A stretch of DNA of 64,000 nt from Orbicella franksi. Taxonomy: Eukaryota. The stretch is from assembly GCA_964199315.1 (NCBI GenBank), contig OZ116701.1, positions 9,238,001 to 9,302,000 on the forward strand, written 5' to 3'. Shown here piece after piece: positions 24,601-35,900 of this stretch (position 1 is the stretch's first letter; the number at the start of each line of letters is the position of its first letter). Position numbers and translations under genes: made by a program. Below the pieces are notes generated by a model that was not told the DNA's origin, searched no databases, and saw only the letters and a program-made list of their open reading frames with translations.

Positions 24601-27600
24601 TAAAATTAAAATTATTTGCATATTATCTAGTAACGTTGTTTCCTACCTGAGTGTAAAATTCTGCTGTAAATATCTGCTGATTTAATTGGGTTGTTTCCAT
24701 TCTTTACACTTATTGTTCAAGACAAGTACTGGACCGTAGAGCTGGCTCTTCCATTCCACAATCTTGTTGATCACAGTCCCACAGCGTCAGCGCCACCAAG
24801 GAACAAGGATCAATGGAGGATAAACTTTAGCAGGTTAGTTTACACCTCAAACCTCGGTATGAAAAACGATTTCCTGTCAAAATTCTGATGACAAATTTTA
24901 TTCTGGGGAATCTACTCTCAAAGTAACAAGCTTCTGCACTGTACATCTAATTGGAAGAAGTTAAGATGAAATCCAATAGGAAATAAAGCAATTTCAATTT
25001 TTAGTGGACAAAAACCTTGTAACAGAATAATTTTAAGTATTTTACAGTCCTTTTTGCATTTTCTAAAAAGTAAAGATATTATTTTAAATATTTGCCTGAA
25101 ATAACATCAGACACAATTTGCCATGGGAAGCCAAGGAAATAAATATTTAAGTTCAGAGAAATTGTGCAAACAGGTAAAACTTCATCATCAGTTTCATTTC
25201 GCCAATATTTCCAAGTGTTTCATGATCATATGAGCTTCAAAACTTTGTTTTTGACCGTGGTGTTGTTAGGAATGATTTCTCTTGAGAAGATATTTAAGAG
25301 TCTCAGAGAAGTTTGCAATACGATGTAAATAATCTCGCTACAAAGTTTTTGTTTGCTTGTTACTCGAACTTCTATGGTGGATTTCCTCTTAATCTCTGTA
25401 TAACACTGTGTGTTTATATGGAGAAGTGCTCGTTATCAGTCTTAAAGATTTCTGCATATGAGATTTGGGGCTGGGGCTTATTTCTGAACCAGAGGTTGCG
25501 AGGAGGAAGTACTTCTTACAGCTTGTCTTTATCACCATTTTGATTACATTTTTTTCACAAGACTATACAAATAGAATGAGGGGTTTAATTCTAGAGATCA
25601 ATACAGTCAGCTGCAAGTAAGCTTTCTGAGTGATCTAGGGTAGGGTGAAAAGGGATTTCTTCCTTTTCCTGTAATTCCCTTCCAGAGAGCTTGCTCACAG
25701 GCTTGCCAAACACCAAACAGGCATTAAAAAGCAAAACAGATCAAGGGTTGCAAGCAATTGAGACCTATTACAAATTCCGTAGTAACATGCGCCACCAGTT
25801 TTATACCACTGATGAACTTGTAAATTTTCTCCTAGGTTTTATAATTTTAGTTTACTATGCACACTGTAAAGTGCGTTTGGACATTTATTGAAAAAGCGTT
25901 ATATAAATGACTATCATTATACTTTGGTAAACATTTTATCCTGGCTGTGGCCCTTCAGTATTTTCAAATGATGATGATGATTTTTATTATTACAGCAATG
26001 GTAATATTGTCTTTTTCTGTGTAGGGTTGAGTGGCGTGTTAGGAATGTCCATGGGCATTATGAAAAGGTTGGTATATTGGATGCACACTGTAAAATCTCC
26101 CATTTGCTGATACTCAATACCTGTGATTCCGGTGACAGGGGTTAAAAGCAATGCAGTATGTCTGAGTACTTATATTCGTACATGTTCCAAAGACACCCAA
26201 AGACAATTGGGTAGGGTCATCACTGCGTCCAATGTTTCTCACAGGTTCCAAATGTACCTGAAGACAATTGGGTGTGGTCCTCACAAAGTGCCATTAACAT
26301 GCACCTTCCAGAAAGGTACGTACATGTACATTCAATAGAATGATGGGTAAAGCCTCTTCGATGCCTGGTATGGCTTGACAGGTCGACAGTTTAATTCGGT
26401 TTCCGTAGCTTGTAACGACTAGGCATGTTGCTGCTAAGCCAGGCCTGGGTAGGATTTCCGTCCTTAGGGTTGCCTCCCCTTCAGCTTTTGTCTGGTTGTC
26501 CTAATAATTCACCAGCAGCAGTTTTTGATTCCTGGTTGGAAAGAGGTGCACAACGAATTTTCGTATCTCTCCCCAGTCCCACTCCACATAATCCCATCAC
26601 TTTTCCAAGTCCCAATGTTATGCAAAAAGTCGTTTCAGCCGCGAAGAAAGCGAATAATTTTGAAGTAGGTTTCTTTATTCCTTTTTTTTTTTTTGCTTGT
26701 ACCTGTAGATGGGGATTCATTCAGTTCAGCACAGATGCAATAAATAAGACAGAGTTTGTTCCTACACCCAACTGGCCTGTGTACTCAGGGCTGGTAATGC
26801 TTTATGATGCTGAAAAGGTACGGGTTAGGAGTTTTTTTTACTTTCCTGTCTTTCTCTAAAGGTAATGATATCATTTTGGCGGCCATAGCTAACTTCAGTC
26901 TTGGCAACTGTTTCCAACGGGCCATTTTCGATTTATTAAAATTCTAGCATGGCTTCGAGGCTTGGGGGAATAAAACAAAACAAATTTCTTACTCATCCTT
27001 CCACCTCGATGTCATTTCTTATGTTTTATTCCCCCAAGCCTCGGAGCCAAGTTAGAATTTTAATATATCGAAAATGGCCAATTGGAAAAGCTTCTTTACA
27101 ACTTCTATCTAGGCAGGGATAACGTTTGTTCTCTTCGCGTGCGTCAAAAATCCTGTCTGTCAGTATTAAAACGTAATACAGAATTTGCCCCTTTTCCCTA
27201 ACAGTAAGGGATCACAAAGCCCAGTGGCCAACAGCGACCATTAGGTTGTCCCCGTTCTCGTAAAGTGAAACGAGGAGTTATGTCACCACCCCCTCCCCTC
27301 CCCTGTTGAATGAGATGGAATTCTTGTCCATGGTAGGTTGCTCTCCAGCATTCTCAGGTTGTCCCAACAATGCGGTACCCATCTATACTCTTTGGTGGAG
27401 AGAGGCACTGTGAGAGTAACGTTTCTCTTACAAGAAATTCTCCAAAAGTCAATTGATAAAGCTCATAATTATCTTGAACATTTCTGAAGCTGTACTTATT
27501 GTTCTTTTTCTTCTGTATTGTAGAAATTCATGGCAGTGAATGGTTATTTCACGGCAAACCTGACTCAGCTTGAAATACCTTCTGCCTTGAGAACTGGTCA

Positions 27601-27748
27601 GTGTGATTATGAACCTGCAGTGCAAGTTGAGAAGACTTACAATTTCGAGGCAACAGTCAAACCGAATGATCAGCGGCTTCCCGTTGGACATATACGAGAT
27701 GACCGCCTTATTTGGTTCTCTGATAAAAACCGCTATCTTGAAATTTAG
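18678..27748 (+). CDS. Secreted carbohydrate-binding family 9-like (CBM9-like, DOMON-like fold) protein, 11 exons, 373 aa
   Basis: Exons 18678-18888, 20002-20139, 21307-21329, 22683-22714, 23040-23097, 23742-23841, 24722-24833, 26025-26067, 26245-26315, 26709-26817, 27524-27748; all GT-AG; 1122 nt in frame. Hydrophobic signal peptide, then IDVDGKLDDKAW, KMRWDDKYLYVGA, DNDFEVFMDPD, YKEFEINA, WTVELALPF, WRINFSRVEW, EDNWVWS...NMHLPERWGFIQFS. Confidence 0.9.
19105..19380. mobile_element. MITE family AGAGCGGTTTTCA...TGAAAAC(C)GCTCT; other copies at about 22765-22915, 60220-60482 and 1512-1790
   Basis: Shared inverted termini and internal gattggtt...tttgtgattggc...ttggttttggtttta motifs. Confidence 0.6.
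20348..20503. mobile_element. Short MITE (CAGGGGTGGATC...GATCCACCCCTG) with 5-bp flanking duplication ACCAT
   Basis: TIRs, and accat at 20343-20347 and 20504-20508. Confidence 0.65.
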
Positions 27749-29997
27749 CCAAAAAGAAATTATCGTGTTATTTTGTTAGAAGCTTTTAAATTATTTTTAT
27801 AGTAAGTATATGACCGTATATGAATGCTCTAGGCCGGGCGGAGTCTGAATCATCTGCCTTGCAGAATCAACGGAATTCATTGCGACGTCAATTTCGGCTA
27901 AATTAAAGGGAAAAAGTAGATTTATTGCGCGCATCGGCGAGCAATTCAAAACACTATATAGCTTAGTATTACTGGATGCGGCGTGGGGCCTGTAACGCCA
28001 GGCCATAGGTTTTAGGTTATTACATGTAATTTTACAAGTGGGTTTTGAGTGTAAAACACTCCATTTCGACTATTTCGAATTCCTTTTTTTCGGCTAACGC
28101 ATAACTTCACGCTCGTTAACGCGGCTGAAACTGTTAATGTCATCTCTGGCTCTACGTATAGTTCAGCGCGGAGTAGTGACTTTACCTTCCTCGGTTTTAC
28201 TAGACTTCTAGTTAGATAATTCTAATATTGCCCCGGAACTCTTTTTTTACTCGCCTACAAGACCGCTTTAGATCCTGACTATCCGCTGTTTCCAATTTTC
28301 TCATAGCTATATATCATCCACTTGGTGCGATGAAAAAAAGAAGATTAAAAAGTATCACAAGAGGCAAAACGCAACTGGAGTTGCAATCGACTGATAACTT
28401 ACAGTGAGATACTAAACCACGTACCAGCACTCTAAATATTACATCACAAATAATAGTTAATCATAATTGCTTTACTGATATTAGAAAACAAACTACTGTG
28501 TGGAGGTACGTAAGATCAAAGCAAGGTAACATTGGAGTGATAATCTATTCCTGGTTCAGTCAAACTGTAAACTATCAGGGATGAAGAAGTACGTTATTTT
28601 AAAAATAGCGATGACTTAAATGATACAAAAGTAAATTTGTTAAATGTTAATAAGCCGGTTTATTGAATAACGAGGTTTTAATTGCCAGGACTCTCAAGTG
28701 AATGTAACACGATTTTAAGACTTCTTAGACCAAGGAGTCCTTTCCTTAATATAGTGACCGTGTGAAGAGGCTATATTACACCGACTCTCCTTTGGTGGCG
28801 TAGCTTGGGTCTCGATTTATCCGGTTCATTAACGTGATAGCTACCAGAGCATTATCGCCCAAAATCCCAATAGGTCAGACTGCACGTAAAACGTGTAAAC
28901 GTCGAGTTTTCATTGGTAGGTTTATTTGGGATTGGAAACCACCCTAAAAATAACATCAAGGGTTTTGTCAAGGACATTTTCATCCAACCATGTAAACAGG
29001 TAAAGGGTGGTCTTTGGCAGGAAGGTCACCATTTACTCCGATTCATCATTTACTAAAAGTTTATATATGAAAAGGTTTAGCCCTCCCTTCGCGCATGCTC
29101 TACATTCCCTGACTTGTCCCTACATAGGTTGACTCGGCCCCAGGCTCCCCTACCTTCAAGGCGGTGAGCCTCCATCAAGGGTTCCCTTGTTCTTCCTTTC
29201 CCAAAGCCTCGTGTGATTAGCCAGGGTGATATAATGATGTGTAATAGGCACTTAATGACTGCCCTCAAGGGAAACGGCGAGTTTGGTTTCCCCGAGACCC
29301 TCGATGTTTCTGGAGGCGAAGCCGAGGGGAACATCGAGGGTCGAACAAAACTCACCGTTTCCCGTTGGACCCGTCGTTATGTGTTCTCTTATACCTCCCA
29401 AGTGAAAAAAAAAAGAAAGAAAGAAAACTGCGACAAAAGTATTTGCTTCATGCTGGCTGGCACACAAATTCGCCGCGGTTCCAAGTTGCACGACCTGATC
29501 ACGTATAAGTCGAAAGTTCAAGTTGTTGTCACCCTAGCTAAGGAGTTAGTCAGTTTTGTTCGCCCTAGGGAGTTACTCAATTTTGTTCGCCCTGGGGAGT
29601 TAGTGAGTTTTGACCCATGATACGTGACATGGTCTCCTCCAATCGGAAAACGTATTTGGGTTGGGAGGTAAAACAATTTAGTTTGTTTAATCCACCCTCA
29701 CCCCTGAGGATTTGTCAGCTTTGCAGAAACTCGCCACGGCATTCAGTTTACCTTTATAAACTATAAGCTGCTACATAACCAAGTGCAGAAGTTTTTAAGC
29801 CTCTGCTGTGATCGTAAAGTTCTACAATAGCTTACGATAAGCAAGAATGTCTGCAGAACTTTATTAGTGAGTACCGGGCCTAATTTTTGAACATCAAAAG
29901 CGTGTGTTTTAAGAATTTTCAAAATTTTAACTATAACAAGCACAATTACATTGGCGTTTCTTATAGACGCGTCAAAGCGAGGACATTTCAGTTGTGT

Positions 29998-32900
29998 TTA
30001 ATGTAAGCGCCGTTTTTTGCCGTGACTCGCCCTGTGAGTGTGCGCTTGACGCCTCAGTTTGCGGTATCCCTGTGGATACAGCTCCAACACGTCATCAATC
30101 ACGTGAATAACTCCATTCGTTGCCGGTAGATCGAGGTCGATAATGCGCATGCCATTGACATACACTCGTCCGTTCCAGCCATAGCGTACTTTAAGGACGC
30201 CACGAGCCGTGGAAAACACGGAGAAGTGGTTGCTGAACAGCGACCAGTAGCTGAATTTGCAGTGAATACCGCACGTGTACAGCGTCCCGTTTACTAAATG
30301 ATGCTGAAGAACTTCTGTCAGCTCTTCAGGGTGAGCGAGAAGACCTTCCATTGATCCAGGAGACTTGAGTTCGAGTTTGGCAAAAGCCCAGTTCGTTGGT
30401 GCGAACAGGGTTAACGAGGCGGCTGGGTTCTTGAGGACTGGCGCGAGCGTGGTGACGTTTATGGCCTCCATGAGTGTTAGGAAGCGAGGATCAGAGTTGA
30501 TGACGTCGTAGATTGTCTTGGTTGGCGGTAGCAGCACTTTGTGAATAACATGGATGACTCCATTGCAGGCTTCAATATTGGCTTTAGTTAAGCATGCGCC
30601 GTTGACGGAGTGTACCTTCAAACAAAAGATAGTTCAAATTACCGTACGTTACAAGGCTTCCAATACTTTATATTATAAAGGGCGAGGAAAATGAAGGCGT
30701 TAGTTACACTCTTGCGTATTGAAAGTTTTTGAAAAAAGTTTCGATCTTTGAGGTAACAAGGGTTAAGTAATTAAATAGTTTTGAAGTGCTTTAGTGACCG
30801 AGTTTAGGAATATATACCTAGACCGACGTTCGCGCTTTCTGATTGGTTGTGAAGTCGTTTTACTAAACGGGCAAGACGATTCAAATCTTGCGCTGTGATT
30901 GGCTATTCGAGCGGGCAAGATGGCGCTATCTAAAATTCCCCGAAATTGGCCTCGTTCTTTTTTTTTGCGAGTTTATGGAAACACAAACAAACACACGAAA
31001 ACACGCAAAAAAGGAACTTGGCCACTATCCAGCCATCTTGACCGAACAAGCTTGGTTAATAACCCTAATAAAACACATGAAAAAATTACTCGATTCTGAT
31101 TGGCTAAGAGCAGTGCAGTTCAAGTGTAACACCAGTGCAAAAAGTGTAACATCAGTGCAAAAAGTGTAACACCAGTGCAAATTACACATCGAAATTCTGG
31201 ATTATGATTGACTGTAAGAAAATAGCAACTTTTCTAAGAAAATGATATCATGTAAAATGATGATGAAAATTTTGTGCTGAAAGTTTGAAAAAATTTTTCT
31301 CAAATGAGAAAAAAATGGCTTCAAGAAAGATCTTCCGGCACTTCCTCCGCGCGAATTTTTTCATGTTTATATTATTAATAAGTAATCATACGGTTTTTCT
31401 CGTTCAATTTGGAGTTAATTTGCACTTGTGAGTTTTTCAAAAAGCTAAAATTACACTCGCCGAAGTGGCTCGTGCAATTTCAGCTTTTTAAAAAACTCAC
31501 TCGTGCAAATTAATTCCAAATTGAACTCGAAACCGTATGATTACCTATACATATATTATATGATATATAACAAATATATGAACCCTCGCGTGTAGGCCGG
31601 GATGACATATTGAACTTTCGGCGAAGATTCTCTTAAACATGTAGTTTCGAGGGTTAACGCGCGCCAATCTGTATTTCTTCAATATATAACGACGAGGTTT
31701 TTTAACAGACAAAAGGGCTACTGGCAAACTACTCACGATTTTCCTAAAAAGATTACAACTCATGCCATGATGACCATCTTTTGATATAGACAGCTTAAAC
31801 TTCACCATACCTTGCCATATCTGAATGAATTAAGACGGAGTTTGTCGGGCTCGTTGAGAGAATTCACTAGCGAATCCTTCCCAAATTCGTACGTCCACTT
31901 CCTCTCAGGAAGTATGTGGTAAGCGAGCAGCCCCTTGAGTTTGGCGGGATCTTCAAGTAGGGACTGCTTGGTTGACTCGGGTAAAGCCTCGAAAGCTTTG
32001 TCAGTTGGAGCAAACAGCGTAAACGGCCCCTGTTCCTCCTTTAAAGTGGTAGAAAGGCCGGTGGCGTCCAGGTACTTAATGAGTGTTGTGAGGTTCAGAA
32101 CTTTGACCACTTCCAAGAGATTCATTGCTAAAAGAAAGATGGTTAAAACCACGCTTGAGGTCGCAGCAAATAAGAATCTGATAATGGCGTCTTGATTTAT
32201 AACTACATTCTCTCAAAGAGTATTTTAGATAATGCGATCTGTTCCCTTTTCTCGCGTTGAAGCCCTTCCAATCCACGTCCACACCCATACAAATTATTTC
32301 GAACGCTTTTACTGCAGAGTTGCAGAATTTCAAACCAAGCAAAGAACAATGGACGTCACGCAAAATTACATTTCCATTTCACATTTTCTTTACTTGGAGA
32401 AAGGTATTGCGTGACAATTAATGGACTGCAGTGGGGTCAGTCCCATTCGCAGCCATTGACTGAGAGGTCACGCAACACTCCTTCCCTTAAACACATCGAG
32501 TCATGGAGATTACAATTTGAGGGTACTATGCAAACCGTTTTCTTCTGAGAATATTTTTTTACCTGAAACAGGCATCAATACTTTGTTAATAGTATGAATG
32601 ATTCCATTATTGGCACTGACGTCAGCATCCGTCACCATGGCGTCGTTTACTTCGATCTGTCCTTCGCCACCTAGTTTAATATCGACGAAATGTCCTTCCA
32701 CAGTGGTGTACCGACCGTTGTCCAGCGCGGCTGTGTAAATTGGCTTGGGCAGCATGTGATACTTGACAAATTTCTGCAATAGTAATCAATGTGGAACAGT
32801 TTTCAGTCTAATAAACTAGTTGGAAAATCAAATAGAAGCGAAAATTCGTTAACTACAGTTATTTGCTTTGCCACTTGGTTTCATCATGTAAGATGATTCG

Positions 32901-35900
32901 GACACATCGAGACTGGTCAGTGAAATCCAGACGACGGTAGTCCAGTCCGGGGCAAGTTGGTCGGGAATGGTGTAGCGAAGTAGGTGGTTGGGGAGTAGGA
33001 AGGTGCTCCCTTGAATCTTCAGGAGAGGTGTGTGGGGCTATTCTCTGCTCTTGCAACTTTAACTTGTTGCAGGACACGTGAAGCATCTAGTTTTCCACCC
33101 TTTTTATGATTCTACTCTCATTCCAGACCTGAAATGCATCGACAAGTCTTTATAGCGTGTTATGAAATAGGTCTGGTGATTTTTTTGTTCTCAGCCTAAC
33201 TCTCTTTTATCGTCAAATGATGTAATGGGCCAATACGGTCCTGTTCTCGATTACTAACCACTGTTCGGGAAAGGAGCCCGCGCTCCTCCCCAGCGCTAAC
33301 TCAAGGAGGAAAGTAGACCAGACTCCAGTGAACTGCGGACATTGAGCCTAATACGGTCCTATATTGCCTTTAAAATGATGTTTTATTTACCAAAAGAGTC
33401 AGAATCAATATCGTTCTTTCCACTAGACCTGTACAACGTACCTCAACACATTCGTCATTGGAAAGAAGGTTTTCCAGTCTCTCGCGGTCCATCATTTCAA
33501 AAGCCTGATCGGTGGGTGCGAACAAGGTCATGTTGGTGAAGTTCATTGCGGAATTCTCGATCATTTGTGAAAAGATACTGAAGTTTGGATCGCTCTTTAG
33601 AATATCTCCAATGTTACCGACGGCTGGTTTCAGCACTCTGTCAATAACGTGAATGATTCCATTACTTGCCCCTTGGTTTGAGGCAACAATTTCTCCTCCT
33701 TGTATCACGATTGTCTGTCAAAAGAGTGAAAGGATAAGTATAGCTTCCGAACACGCCATAAAAACGCGAAGGAACGGGAGAACGAAGTCAAGAGGCGCAG
33801 GGGATCGATGCAACGACAGGGGAACAAAATAAGCGGGGATGTCATAAACAGGGAAAGCGAAGCAGCGATAAAACGTGTGAACGTTAAGTCCAGTCACAAG
33901 CATGTCACCTATTCTAGGTGATATGCTTCTGGTCCAGTCTCTGGACTCTCTCTTCTCCGCGCGCTCTTTTAAGAGATGGAAAACATGAACCGTGTTACTA
34001 TCGAGTTTTTGAAACACAGGGAGCCTGTTTTCTATTTCTTTTAGAAAATTCTGCGGCGACTCTTCTCTCGCCTGGGTTCAACACCTATATTGAGCAGGGA
34101 AGAGAGAGTTCAGGGACTGGACTAGGGAAGGGGAGAATGAGTGAAGGAGGGGACGAAGGAAAGACGGTACGAGAGAACCAAGAAACAAGGGCTCTTGGCA
34201 ACGAGCAACGGCACTGGATTGTAGGGAAACCAAGGGAGAGGAAAAAAAGGAAGCGGGGGCCAGATACACGAGGGAGCCTGGCAACGAGGGAATAATGAGC
34301 TATAATAGAAGACAGTACGAATTCAAGAATTGTTGTGTTACCTCTCCGTCTTCCGCCACATTGACGCGCAGTTCTTGCGAGCCGTCTAGTGTTATTATCT
34401 TTCTGTTGTCTTTCATTGTTTCAGTGACAATCTTTCCAGCCGCCAAATGCAACAGAAGCGTTTCGCGAAGTATCTCCTTGTTGTTAGCAAGCTCTTCTAA
34501 AGTTTCTTTTGGCAAGGCAGAGAACGCTTGGTCTGATGGTACAAATGCCGTGTAACGCGTGTCAGCGTCCAGCTCAGACGAAAGACCAGAAGCCTTCATT
34601 AGTTTTGTAAATTCACCCAGGTCAAGAGACTCTGCCACCTCCATTATTTTCTTATTTGAAGTGTAAAGTTCTGAAAAAGAAATGGCACCCAAAGATCACA
34701 AAATGATGCAGCGTTGCCTAGGGGTTAGGGAGCTGGTTTTATGATCTGGAAGTCCCGGGATCAAATCCTCCTCCCTGCCGCTAGATGGATTTGTGTTCGG
34801 CGGTCCTCAGCGAATTCAACTGCGCTACGTCTTGCAAATAGCCAACTAGTCAACCTTCAACCAGTTGGGATTTTTAACAAGTTTTCAGTTCTTCTTGCAA
34901 TAATGTTATTTGTTTCTTGCTTCATAGTGTCTCCAGTTAGCACAACAGTGTTAAATACCATAGCAATGACACAAAAATAAAGATATCAGTATTTATTTGA
35001 AATAAGTTTGGAAATTTTTTTTTTGAAAATTTTGGACGTGCGCACTAAACTATAAATATCTGTCGGTAGAGCCTTAAACTGCATTCTGTCCAGTGCTTCT
35101 TTTGTTTCACGCAGAAAAGTGAAAACATAGGAAACACGAGACGTCTGCATGCATGTTTGTCTAGAATAACGTAAAATAGGGATGTTAAGTCCTTCACGGT
35201 ATGAAACAGATGTGACAAACAAACTTTATATATATATAGCCACTAAAACAAACGCTACTCAATATTGCGACCCTTCTCAATCGTGCACTGTGATTCGTCC
35301 CAGCTCAATCGCACGGTACCGATATGGTCATACCTTTTGGGCATCCGGGACTTCCTTCCACTTGGGTATATCCGGGACAGCACCGATATTCTGTCAAATA
35401 ATGCTGTTCGGTCCTGCGCAATAAAAGAGAAACAGTCACAGACTCGTAAGCTTCCAGAAAATGATCATTCTGGCGGTTTAGGAATGTAATTAACGTACCT
35501 GCACTGAAGTCTCCGCTTCCCGGGTATCTTCCTGCATTTTCGAAATATTCCTATGGGAATCCGATGTGTACAAACATTTGGCCTAAAGATGAAGAAGGAC
35601 ATGATAAAATTAAAATAAGCTGCTATGACAAAGACTAGAACACAGTCGAACCTCTCCACAACAGCCACCTTGGGGACAGAGGAAGGTGGCCATTGCAGAG
35701 AGGTGGCCGTTAAGGGGAGGTAAGGGTCTAATATGACACATGCTTTTGGGCTGTAACATTGTCATTCAAAAAATGCTTATTTTAGCATATATAAATCAAA
35801 ATGTATCAATAAAACAGAAACTTTATAGAAACAGAGACCAATGACGCGCCGTACGGATCAAGTTTTGTGACCTTTTACAATACAAAATGGGGTTTTGTAT

